Shown here one piece after another: positions 19,249-28,437 of a stretch of DNA of 64,000 nucleotides. Positions within the stretch are counted from its first letter, which is position 1. Each line of letters opens with the position of its first letter. A program made the translations under genes and the position numbers. The DNA is from Marinicella sp. (GTDB taxonomy: Bacteria; Pseudomonadota; Gammaproteobacteria; Xanthomonadales; Marinicellaceae). The stretch is from the NCBI GenBank assembly GCA_965230295.1, contig OZ246001.1:2560001-2624000 (forward strand), in the 5' to 3' direction. The notes under the pieces are model-generated. The model was not told the DNA's origin and did no database searches. It was given only the letters and a program-made list of their open reading frames with translations.

Positions 19249-20706
19249 ATGAAAAAATACCTGATAATTCTGCTGTTCTCATGCCAGGCTTCTGCTGTCT
19301 ATATCAACCAGCAAGGCATCGGTGAGGTCTTGTTGATCCCTTATTATACTGTCAACAACAACCTCAATAGCCTGGTTACAGTGACCAACACCAGCGATAC
19401 CAGCAAAGCCGTCAAAATTAATGTCAGAGAAGGACTGAATGGATATGCCGTGCTTTCTTACAATGTCTATTTAGATGCTTACGACAGCTGGTCTTTTGGA
19501 TTTGTTCCTTCGACTTCAACCGTCACGGGTTATGTCGGTCAAGGCTCTGTCAAACAATACACATCCGATCATTCCTGTGCCCCATTTTTGGTTAAAAATG
19601 GACAAGAGTTTCTGCCTTACGAATTGATTGATGGTCCAGTTGGTATGGAAAGGTCACGTGAAGGGTTTATTGAAATTATTGAAATGGGTGAGTTGCAAGA
19701 TGAATTCATTGATTATGCTGACCAAGGTAACTTTGGTACGCCATCTGATTGTTCGGCATTTGAAGCTGCATGGCTACCAGGGGGTGCTTGGGATGCTGAT
19801 ACAGGAGGCGCGGTGACTCAACACATGGTGCCTGCTTCAGGAGATTTGATGGCGGAGGCCAATCTCGTCAATGTGGCCGAAGGCATTGATTTTTCAATTC
19901 CAGTGGTGGCGATGTCGGGATTTTTCAACACAGAGTCTGTTGCACATTTCAACCCTGGCGACACCAGTTTATCACTGGATGCCGCAGCTCCGTATGCCAC
20001 AGTTTTTGCCAATGAAAAATCATATCAACTGGGTTTTGAAACAGGAATTGATGCCGTAAGTGCAGTACTCATGGTGGATGAGTTGATTGCCAATTATGTG
20101 CTAGACACCATTGTTGCAGGGAAAACAGAGGCAGTTTTTTCACAACCGGCTCGAAGGTTTTATGTTTCTGAGCAAGGAAACAATAACCTGCCTCCTTATA
20201 ATGCAATGAATCATCCCAGGTTGTTTTGTCCAACTGAAACAAATACCAATGAACTCAGCCAGTACGGTGGGACAACTGTTAATTGGTTGTTGTCCGATCG
20301 AGAATCTCAGTTAGAGGTATTGAACCTTGTGTTAGATCCTCCGCCACCAAGATATGTTCCTGCCTTATGTGACAGTGTCTCAGTCTGGCAATTATTATTG
20401 CCTGGACAGTTTGGTGTCACTCCTGGAATCACAGCATCAAGTTATGACTTATCAATTGCCACTCCTGCAAGAGCAGTCACAGAAAATGGTTTTATTAAAA
20501 TTAATTTCTTGGATACCAGACCGTTGGTGGGTAGTGATCTCAATAACAATACACATGTTGAAATGATGGGTATTCCCATCATTGGCTTTACCTTACAACA
20601 GTTTTCAAATGCCTCAGCTGGTCCTGGATTATTAGCACAATATGGCTCCAGCAAAAGAATGAAACCTAAATTGCGTTTGGTGGAGCAGGGACTGCCATTG
20701 CAATAA
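19249..20706 (+). CDS. secreted cell-surface / S-layer-like protein
   Basis: Signal peptide, then VYINQQGIGEVLLIPYYTV..VTNT...KAVKI..REG.N, an N-terminal pattern recalled from proteobacterial surface-layer-like proteins. Confidence 0.55.
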   Translation: MKKYLIILLFSCQASAVYINQQGIGEVLLIPYYTVNNNLNSLVTVTNTSDTSKAVKINVREGLNGYAVLSYNVYLDAYDSWSFGFVPSTSTVTGYVGQGSVKQYTSDHSCAPFLVKNGQEFLPYELIDGPVGMERSREGFIEIIEMGELQDEFIDYADQGNFGTPSDCSAFEAAWLPGGAWDADTGGAVTQHMVPASGDLMAEANLVNVAEGIDFSIPVVAMSGFFNTESVAHFNPGDTSLSLDAAAPYATVFANEKSYQLGFETGIDAVSAVLMVDELIANYVLDTIVAGKTEAVFSQPARRFYVSEQGNNNLPPYNAMNHPRLFCPTETNTNELSQYGGTTVNWLLSDRESQLEVLNLVLDPPPPRYVPALCDSVSVWQLLLPGQFGVTPGITASSYDLSIATPARAVTENGFIKINFLDTRPLVGSDLNNNTHVEMMGIPIIGFTLQQFSNASAGPGLLAQYGSSKRMKPKLRLVEQGLPLQ

Positions 20707-20821
20707 GGATTTTCCTTGGGACTACACTGAAATTGTTCCAAACAAAAGAAAACTGGTTAGTTTTTCAATATTCAGATATCTACCGTTAACAAACGCATCA
20801 GACTAGAATTAAATGTTATAT

Positions 20822-20890
20822 AGACGTCTAAACGTCTTGACATCTTTTTTCTTGCGGGTATTATATGGCCATTTAGACGTCTAAATGAAG
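20822..20890 (+). promoter_or_regulatory. MetJ-type Met boxes overlapping a sigma70 promoter of metX-metB-metL
   Basis: AGACGTCT-AAACGTCT-TGACATCT tandem (20822-20845); another perfect AGACGTCT at 20875-20882; TTGACA at 20837 and TATTAT at 20859. Confidence 0.8.
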
Positions 20891-20891
20891 T

Positions 20892-21902
20892 ATGACCCAA
20901 GCAACAGTAATCAATAGGACCGTACAAGTCAGCTCATCCGTACTCGCATCTGATGTTCAGTCAGGTGATATTGAAGTGGATTGTTGTTTGTGGGGAAAAC
21001 TGGATAAGCCATTGGTGGTGCTGATGGGTGGTATATCTGCCAATCGATGGGTCATTGATTGTGAAGAACAAACCGGATGGTGGAACCAAGTGGTTCATGA
21101 TAAAGCGGTCCTGAATACCCGTGATTTCTGTTTTCTTACTTTTGAATACATTTGTTTTGATACAGAAATTAATGAACCAGCAACTGTGGTTTCCACCACT
21201 GACCAGGCCCATGTCTTATATCAAATCCAGCAACAGCTTAACTTACCTCTATTCCATGCTGTCATAGGATCTTCTTATGGCGGCATGGTTTCTTTGGCTT
21301 TTGCTGCACTTTATCCTGAGGCATTGACACATTTAATCTGTATTGCTGCAGCCCATACCAATTCGGTAAAAAGTCAGGCACTGCGCTACATACAGAGACA
21401 AATCATGCGTTTGGGATCGAAACATGCTGATCAGCATGCGCAAACAGAATTCACTGCCTTGGCCAGATCCTTGGCCATGGTGGGTTACCGCGGAGAGGTT
21501 GAGTGGGAACACCGATTTGCCAATCCGAACACTGGACAGGCATTGGATGATGTTTCTGCCTATTTAAGGCACCATGGACGACAATTTGCTCAACGGTTTG
21601 AAGCCGATCGATACAATCAGTTGTCCAAGTCCATTGATTACCATCAAGTTGATGTCAGCAACATCCAAGCCAAAACCTTATTGGTTGGCATCACTTCAGA
21701 CCAAATGGTTCCGGTCGATCTCTTGCAAAAGCTGCGTGACAGGATGGCTACAGATTGTCAGCTGCATCTGATTAATTCAATTTACGGGCACGATGGTTTT
21801 CTGTTAGAAGCCGATGCCTTGAACTACATTTTTAAAACTTTTTTATGTGAGCAACCTCATGACAATATTGAACGAAACAACCGCCGTGCGAGCGGGTATT
21901 GA
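20892..21902 (+). CDS. metX: homoserine O-acyltransferase (MetX family)
   Basis: Alpha/beta hydrolase with GGISA, IGSSYGGMV nucleophile and SIYGHDGFL; upstream of metB. Confidence 0.9.
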   Translation: MTQATVINRTVQVSSSVLASDVQSGDIEVDCCLWGKLDKPLVVLMGGISANRWVIDCEEQTGWWNQVVHDKAVLNTRDFCFLTFEYICFDTEINEPATVVSTTDQAHVLYQIQQQLNLPLFHAVIGSSYGGMVSLAFAALYPEALTHLICIAAAHTNSVKSQALRYIQRQIMRLGSKHADQHAQTEFTALARSLAMVGYRGEVEWEHRFANPNTGQALDDVSAYLRHHGRQFAQRFEADRYNQLSKSIDYHQVDVSNIQAKTLLVGITSDQMVPVDLLQKLRDRMATDCQLHLINSIYGHDGFLLEADALNYIFKTFLCEQPHDNIERNNRRASGY

Positions 21903-23049
21903 TTGCGACAGCCAACACGGTGCGGTGACACCACCACTGTATTTATCCAGTAACTATGCGTTCGCTGATTTTAATCAGCCGCGTAAATATGATTATTCAC
22001 GATCAGGAAACCCCACCCGTGACCTGTTGGCTGAAGCTTTGGCTGAACTGGAACAAGCTGCTGGTGGTGTGGTTACTTCTACTGGCATGTCGGCGGTGTT
22101 GTTGGTCATGCAGTTGTTACCCAACCGAGCTAAAGTCATCGCTCCACATGATTGTTATGGTGGCACTTTTCGTTTATTAACCACATTCCATGAAAAAGGT
22201 CAGTTACAAGTTGAGTTTGTAGATCAGTCAGATGAGCAAGCCGTCCAAAAAGCATTGCTACAAAAACCAGATCTGTTGTGGATAGAAACACCCAGCAACC
22301 CATTGCTTAGGGTGGTTGATGTACAACACTTATGTGATTCAGCCGGTCCTGATGTGCTCAAGGTGGTGGACAACACTTTCTTGTCTCCTGCTTTACAACA
22401 ACCCATCACTTTGGGAGCAGATTTGGTGGTGCATTCAACCACCAAGTACATCAATGGGCACAGTGATGTGGTTGGCGGCGCGGTGTTGGCCAAAACAGCT
22501 GAATTGGCTGAACAGATATCTTGGTGGGCCAATTGTATTGGTATCACTGCAGCACCGTTTGACAGTTTGCTGACTTTGCGAGGGTTGCGCACCCTGAATG
22601 TCAGGATGAAACAACACTTGGAAAATACGGAACAAATTCTGGCGTTTCTACAGCAACACCCGGCCGTTGAAAAAATATACTACCCAGGTTTAGACACCCA
22701 TCCTGGCCATGAGATAGCTAAAAAACAACAGCACCATTTTGGTGCCATGCTGTCTTTTGAACTCAAAGGGGGGGGGGAAGCAGTCAGGGCTTTGGTCAAT
22801 AACCTCAAGTATTTCACCTTGGCTGAATCTTTGGGAGGCGTTGAATCACTGATCTGTCATCCAGCCACCATGACCCATGCGGCCATGGTACCTGAGGCCC
22901 AAGAAGCAGCGGGCATTGGTGCCGGACTGATTCGGTTGTCCGTTGGCATCGAGCATGTCAATGATCTGGTGGCTGATCTGGACCACGGGTTGTCACGCAG
23001 TCAAATTCAGTCTTTGAACCCGGTCATTAAGGAAGGTACCCATGCCTGA
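21859..23049 (+). CDS. metB: cystathionine gamma-synthase
   Basis: YDYSRSGNPTRD, ETPSNP, DNTF, HSTTKYINGHSDV, LAESLGGVESL. Confidence 0.95.
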   Translation: MTILNETTAVRAGIDCDSQHGAVTPPLYLSSNYAFADFNQPRKYDYSRSGNPTRDLLAEALAELEQAAGGVVTSTGMSAVLLVMQLLPNRAKVIAPHDCYGGTFRLLTTFHEKGQLQVEFVDQSDEQAVQKALLQKPDLLWIETPSNPLLRVVDVQHLCDSAGPDVLKVVDNTFLSPALQQPITLGADLVVHSTTKYINGHSDVVGGAVLAKTAELAEQISWWANCIGITAAPFDSLLTLRGLRTLNVRMKQHLENTEQILAFLQQHPAVEKIYYPGLDTHPGHEIAKKQQHHFGAMLSFELKGGGEAVRALVNNLKYFTLAESLGGVESLICHPATMTHAAMVPEAQEAAGIGAGLIRLSVGIEHVNDLVADLDHGLSRSQIQSLNPVIKEGTHA

Positions 23050-25417
23050 ACAATCATTGAGCCTGTCATTCAAACCAAGTCCCAATGTCCATAAATTTGG
23101 CGGGACCAGTTTGAGCACTGCAGTAAAAATTGATCAAGTGGTACAAACCATTGAAGAACAGGTGCGCGCAGGAGATTATGTGGTGGTTTCGGCCAATGGC
23201 AAAGTCACTGATTTGTTGCTGGATTTGATGCAAGGACAGAAAAAAGCCTGGATACAATTGTTGAGTTATTTGAATGAATTGTTCGAAGAGAGTTTATCTG
23301 AATCAAGTGCATTGTTGGCACAGGTCAACTTAGATTTGAACAAAATTTCTGAAATCATCAAACGGAGTCGATTCAATGAACATCAGGTTTTGGCCTATGG
23401 TGAATTGTGGTCAGCCCAGTTGTTGTCAGCAAAACTCAATGAGTTGCAGCAGCCGAATCAGTGGGTGGATGCCCGTGAATTGTTTGTGGTTGATGTACAG
23501 AATAATTTAGCGAATTCAAACGCTGCACGTCAAATGTTGCTGAAAAGGCGTGTGCACAATCATGCTTCCCAGGCTGATGAGGTCATTCATATCGTGACTG
23601 GATTCATTGCGCGTGATGAGGCAGGAAACTGTACCACACTGGGGAGAAATGGCAGTGATTACACGGCCACATTGATTGCTGATTTATTGCAGACGCCCGC
23701 CGTATATTTGTGGACAGACGTTGATGGTGTCTATACAGCCGACCCCAATGTCATCACTGATGCGAGGCGTATTTCAGATTTGACCCTCAGTGAAGCACAA
23801 GCATTGTCAGAGTTGGGTTCTCATGTTTTGCACCAAAAAACCATGGCACCGCTGTTACAACAAAGCACCAAAATCATCATCAACTGCTGTGAAAAACTGA
23901 GCAATGGAACGGCAGTTGAGCGGTCAGTTCATTCAGAAATCAAACAAGTAAAGACTTTGGCCCATAAGAGCGACCTGGTGGCACTTTCTGTGTCAGGACT
24001 TTCTGAGCTCGAGGCCAGGCAATTCCAAACCCGGTTAACCGCCGCACAAATCAATAATTATGCGAACCACTTTGACAAGACTCAAAATAAGTTGAGTTTT
24101 TATGTGGAAAATTTAGATTGGTTCAAAACCACTCAACTGATCAAAGCAGCGGGTTTGACCACTGAAACCCAAGAGCCTGGCATCAGTTTAATCAGTGCGG
24201 TGGGACAGCACATCAGACAAAACACCCAAGTGATCAGCAAGATCTTAAACCGGTCTGATGGTTTTCCGGTGCACCAGATTCACTACCCGGCCAATGATCA
24301 CACCCTGTGCGTACTGTTACCAGATGAGCATGCAGCAGACCTGCTTGAAGACTTACACCAAACCTTTTTCAACCTGGAACCATCCATGCCAATCGTGGTA
24401 TTGGGTTATGGCAACATTGGTAGACAATTTCTCCACATTCTGAAAGCCAACAAAGGTCACATTGAACAACAAGTCAATCAGGCTTTGTCAGTGGTGGCAG
24501 TGGCCAACAGTCGTTTCTATCAATACAGCCAACATTGTTTGTTAGAACAGTGCATTGATTTAAATCAGACCAACAATCAAGGCCAGTTGCAGGAAGAGTT
24601 GGCCCAGTACCGCGGTAAACCAGCGGTCATCATCGATCTGACAGCCAGTGAAGAGGTGGCGAAACAATACCTTGGTTTTGCTGAAAACAGTTGGCACATC
24701 ATCTCAGCCAACAAATTGGCCGCAGCTGATGCCAGTTGGGCCGACCAAATCAATCAAGCTTTGTCAGTCAACCAACGCCTGTGGCAAAAAAATACCACTG
24801 TTGGTGCTGCCTTGCCAGTTCAGTCCAGTATCAAAAACATCCAAGCCAATGGCGACCAAATTAAATCTGTCAGCGGGGTGTTTTCCGGATCTTTGTCGTG
24901 GTTGTTCAGTCAATATGACGGACAAACACCGTTCATGGATTGGGTCAGGCAAGCCCATGAGCAGGCGTTTACAGAACCTGACCCCAGGGATGATTTATCA
25001 GGTCAAGATGTATATCGCAAAGCCTTGATACTGGCTCATGAGTTGGGCTTCACACCCCAAAAGATTGTTTTTGAACCGGTGATACCTGAAAACTATCTGG
25101 AAGGAAGTATTGAACAGTTTTGGCAACATCAAGACAACATCAATGTTTATATGCAAGGCCTTTGGCAACAGGCTCAACAACAAGACCAATCTTTGTGTTA
25201 TTTGGCCAAAGTCACTGCTGAAGAATTGAGGGTACAATTGAAATTGATTGATTCAAACCATGCTGCTGCCCAGCTACAGCCCAGCGATAATATTTTCATC
25301 ATTGAATCTGATTGGTATGCAGATAATCCATTGGTCATCCAAGGCCCGGGTGCAGGCCGAGAAGTGACAGCAGCTGGTGTGTTAACTGACTTGATTGAAG
25401 TGCTTCAATCAAGTTGA
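23042..25417 (+). CDS. metL: bifunctional aspartokinase II / homoserine dehydrogenase II
   Basis: HKFGGTS, LGRNGSDYTA, WTDVDGVYTADP; GYGNIG, TEPDPRDDLSG, GPGAGREVTA. Confidence 0.92.
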   Translation: MPEQSLSLSFKPSPNVHKFGGTSLSTAVKIDQVVQTIEEQVRAGDYVVVSANGKVTDLLLDLMQGQKKAWIQLLSYLNELFEESLSESSALLAQVNLDLNKISEIIKRSRFNEHQVLAYGELWSAQLLSAKLNELQQPNQWVDARELFVVDVQNNLANSNAARQMLLKRRVHNHASQADEVIHIVTGFIARDEAGNCTTLGRNGSDYTATLIADLLQTPAVYLWTDVDGVYTADPNVITDARRISDLTLSEAQALSELGSHVLHQKTMAPLLQQSTKIIINCCEKLSNGTAVERSVHSEIKQVKTLAHKSDLVALSVSGLSELEARQFQTRLTAAQINNYANHFDKTQNKLSFYVENLDWFKTTQLIKAAGLTTETQEPGISLISAVGQHIRQNTQVISKILNRSDGFPVHQIHYPANDHTLCVLLPDEHAADLLEDLHQTFFNLEPSMPIVVLGYGNIGRQFLHILKANKGHIEQQVNQALSVVAVANSRFYQYSQHCLLEQCIDLNQTNNQGQLQEELAQYRGKPAVIIDLTASEEVAKQYLGFAENSWHIISANKLAAADASWADQINQALSVNQRLWQKNTTVGAALPVQSSIKNIQANGDQIKSVSGVFSGSLSWLFSQYDGQTPFMDWVRQAHEQAFTEPDPRDDLSGQDVYRKALILAHELGFTPQKIVFEPVIPENYLEGSIEQFWQHQDNINVYMQGLWQQAQQQDQSLCYLAKVTAEELRVQLKLIDSNHAAAQLQPSDNIFIIESDWYADNPLVIQGPGAGREVTAAGVLTDLIEVLQSS

Positions 25418-25432
25418 TGGGTTGTGTTTGCC

Positions 25433-26179
25433 TCAAGTTACCTTGTGTAAAAGCATTTGCTCGTAATAAGGCATACAGGTATCGGCTGTGCGCTGTTCTT
25501 CAGCAGATAATTTATTTTCTTTGGGGCTGTAAGTGGAAAATCCTGTGGATTCGATCACCCGGTTGTACCAATGTTCTGCCCACACGCCATCAGAGTCCCG
25601 GTAGCCTTTGGGCCAGGACAGCATGGCGTCATCAAAAGGAACATCTAGGGCCGAACACATTTTTTTCAGCATGCCAGGCGGGTCCAGCAAGATGTCTTTG
25701 GATTCGAAAATGGGTGGGATGGAGCCACTTTGATTGCGGATCTTCTCAAACAGTTTGACTTGTTGTGGGAAACCCAAATCTTCAGGCGTGGCTTTGGGGT
25801 GTTTGCGTAAATACGAGGCCAGGACATCGTTGGGGTGCCTGATCAAAAAAGCATGACGCAGTTGCTCGACAAAATCCAACTCAATGTCATCGGTTAAATG
25901 ATGACTCATGTGTTTTTGGTAGTAGATGGCTGTGTTGTCATCAGCATCATCCGGCGTATCTTTGGTCAGCGATTCAACAATGGGCTGCCAATCAGCACCT
26001 TGTTCGGTGATGATTTCCTCAAAGGCGGCGTGTTTTTTTCCTGTGCTGGCCAAGTAAGGGCCATACAGGGGTTCATCAACCACCACAGTATCGGTTCGAT
26101 TTTCCCAAGACCTCATCATGGCTGTTGAGATGTTGCGTGGACCAGACCACATGGCAATTCTGATCAAAGCTTGACTCAT
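25433..26179 (-). CDS. sulfotransferase-fold (P-loop-like) protein associated with class IV aminotransferase
   Basis: IAMWSGPRNISTAMMRSW, DEPLY, YQKHM, FLIRHP..VLASY, DGVWAEHWY. Confidence 0.85.
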   Translation of the reverse strand: MSQALIRIAMWSGPRNISTAMMRSWENRTDTVVVDEPLYGPYLASTGKKHAAFEEIITEQGADWQPIVESLTKDTPDDADDNTAIYYQKHMSHHLTDDIELDFVEQLRHAFLIRHPNDVLASYLRKHPKATPEDLGFPQQVKLFEKIRNQSGSIPPIFESKDILLDPPGMLKKMCSALDVPFDDAMLSWPKGYRDSDGVWAEHWYNRVIESTGFSTYSPKENKLSAEEQRTADTCMPYYEQMLLHKVT

Positions 26180-27090
26180 GCTTTGGACTCGCTTTTGATC
26201 AATCCAATGTATAAATCCTGCAGCTTTCTGATCATATTTCGTTGTTTGCCATCACCAATCAAACGGCCGTCCACTTCATTGACTGGTGTGATGCCAGCGA
26301 AGGTACCGGTCACGAATGCTTCATCAGCGCCGTAGACGTCAAACAGGGAAAAATTCTTTTGTTTGACCGTTATGCCGTTGTTTTCACACAAACTTATGAT
26401 TTTCGATCGGGTGATGCCTCCCAAACAAAAGTCCCCTGTTGAAGTCCATACTTCACCTTGGGTGACAATAAAAAAATGAGTGGAGTTACAGGTCGAAACA
26501 AACCCATGTGGGTCCAGCATCAAGGCTTCATCGGCACCAGCTTTGGCGGCCTGAATGCAGCCCTGGATGCAGTTGATCTTTGAATGCGAATTCATCTTTT
26601 GGTCCTGTACATCAGGATATCCTCGGCGGACATGGGTGGTGAACAAGCGGATGCCACCATCAATTTTACGGGGTGATGGATTTTTGTATTCAGCAATGAT
26701 AACGATGGTGCTGCCAGGAATGGTGCACCTGGGGTCTTGGTATGGGGTGATTTTCTCCCCCCGTGTCACCATCAATCTGATGTGTACCCCATCATGCATG
26801 TCGTTGGCATTGAGTGTCTCATGCAAGCGTTGTGATAATTCTTCTGGCGTTAAGCCAATGTCTAAATCCAGGGATTTTGCCCCTTGATACAGGCGTCTGA
26901 GGTGATCATCCAAAAACACCACCACACCCTGGTGCAAGCGCAAGCCTTCCCACACACCATCTCCCAAAATGAACCCACTGTCGAAAACTGAAACCACGGC
27001 TTTTTCCCGAGGCAACAATTGGCCATTGACATTGATCAGGATGGATCGGTTGCGTTCATCTTCAATGTATTCGTGTGTACCTTTGCTCAT
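26176..27090 (-). CDS. aminotransferase class IV family PLP enzyme (BCAT-like)
   Basis: VSVFDSGFILGDGVWEG, HLRRL, IRLMVTRG, LGGITR, ADEAFVTGT. Confidence 0.92.
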   Translation of the reverse strand: MSKGTHEYIEDERNRSILINVNGQLLPREKAVVSVFDSGFILGDGVWEGLRLHQGVVVFLDDHLRRLYQGAKSLDLDIGLTPEELSQRLHETLNANDMHDGVHIRLMVTRGEKITPYQDPRCTIPGSTIVIIAEYKNPSPRKIDGGIRLFTTHVRRGYPDVQDQKMNSHSKINCIQGCIQAAKAGADEALMLDPHGFVSTCNSTHFFIVTQGEVWTSTGDFCLGGITRSKIISLCENNGITVKQKNFSLFDVYGADEAFVTGTFAGITPVNEVDGRLIGDGKQRNMIRKLQDLYIGLIKSESKA

Positions 27091-27286
27091 CTGTTCAATA
27101 AAAATATCAATCCTGATGATGTTAACAGAAAATGCACTGAATAAAAAATTGTGATTTTCAGGTTACATTCGCCATGGTTTTTCATTGAAGAAGTGAGTTT
27201 CAAGGGCAACCATGAAGACACAAGTATTCACATATGCTCAAAATAAATTGTGCTATCATAAAATGTAAAAAAGACAGGAATGTAAA

Positions 27287-28345
27287 GTGGAACTGAACTA
27301 TAACCTACTGATTGTTGATGATGTCTCAGAAAATATTCAAGTGGCCATGAATATTTTGAAAGAGCAGGGTTACAATTTTTCATATGCCTTAAATGGCACC
27401 GAAGCGATCGAACTGTTGAAAAACAACAGCTTTGATTTGGTGTTGTTGGATGTGATGATGCCCGATATCAATGGTTTTGAGGTTTGTGAGTTCATGAAAT
27501 CAGACCCCAGACTGACTGAAATTCCTGTGATTTTTTTGACTGCCAGGGTGGATGTGGATTCCATTGCCAAGGGATTCAATGTCGGGGGTGTGGATTACAT
27601 CACCAAACCATTTCATGGCAACGAACTCATCGTTAGGGTCAAAACCCACTTGCAGTTGTATCATGCCAAAAAGCTGTTGCAGCAAAATAACATTGTGTTA
27701 CAGCACAAACTGAAAAACAGAGAAATTCGCATCTTGTCTGAATTGGAACAGAATCAGAAAGAAATGATTTTTATGTTGACGGAGTTGATGGAAGCCACAT
27801 CGGATGAAACAGGCCAACACATCAAACGCGTGGCAGAAATATCTCGTCTATTGGCTTATTATCATCCGAGTTTAAATCATGATGACGAAGACATCATATT
27901 CCATGGGTCACCGATGCATGACATTGGCAAGATCACCTTGCCTCAATCCATTCTGCACAAGCCCAGCGCCCTGACAGATGAAGAGCGAGAAGTGATGAAA
28001 ACTCACACCACCAATGCCTATAATTTTTTGAAGCTATCACAAAGGAAATTCATCAAAGCAGCCGCCATGATTGCCTACCACCATCATGAAAAGTGGGATG
28101 GAACAGGATACCCACAAGGCCTGGAAGGTGATGACATCCATATTTATGGCAGGATCGTGGCTTTGGCAGATGTTTTTGATGCTTTGACCCACAAAAGGAA
28201 GTACAAAGAGGCCTGGCCCACAGAGCAGGCAGTTGAATACATCAAAGACCTCAAAGGCGTACAGTTTGACCCGGCTTTGGTGGACATATTTTTAGCCCAC
28301 TTAGATGAGTTTGTTGATATCATTCAATCCAATGATCAGGACTGA
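27287..28345 (+). CDS. response regulator with HD-GYP phosphodiesterase domain (RpfG-like)
   Basis: REC domain (LLDVMMP, KPF); HDIGK, HHEKWDGTGYP, ADVFDAL. Confidence 0.93.
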   Translation: MELNYNLLIVDDVSENIQVAMNILKEQGYNFSYALNGTEAIELLKNNSFDLVLLDVMMPDINGFEVCEFMKSDPRLTEIPVIFLTARVDVDSIAKGFNVGGVDYITKPFHGNELIVRVKTHLQLYHAKKLLQQNNIVLQHKLKNREIRILSELEQNQKEMIFMLTELMEATSDETGQHIKRVAEISRLLAYYHPSLNHDDEDIIFHGSPMHDIGKITLPQSILHKPSALTDEEREVMKTHTTNAYNFLKLSQRKFIKAAAMIAYHHHEKWDGTGYPQGLEGDDIHIYGRIVALADVFDALTHKRKYKEAWPTEQAVEYIKDLKGVQFDPALVDIFLAHLDEFVDIIQSNDQD

Positions 28346-28437
28346 AGTCATGAGTAGGCAGCCTCATTTTGTCTGGTCAGTCCTGAGGTACTCCAAAAAC
28401 GATTCCAACTTGGTTCAACCCCACCCACTGGATTCGT

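Noticed and set aside
20707-20891. SAM riboswitch upstream of metX, as in Xanthomonas
   Set aside because: The predicted promoter leaves a leader of only about 20 nt; Met boxes explain the region better.
21859-21902. 44-bp metX/metB overlap as a frameshift error
   Set aside because: Both proteins are full length with intact C- and N-terminal motifs.
28346-28437. Frameshifted N-terminal sensor region of the hybrid kinase
   Set aside because: In-frame stop at about 28354, and the alternative-frame ORF from 28350 has no TM or sensor features.
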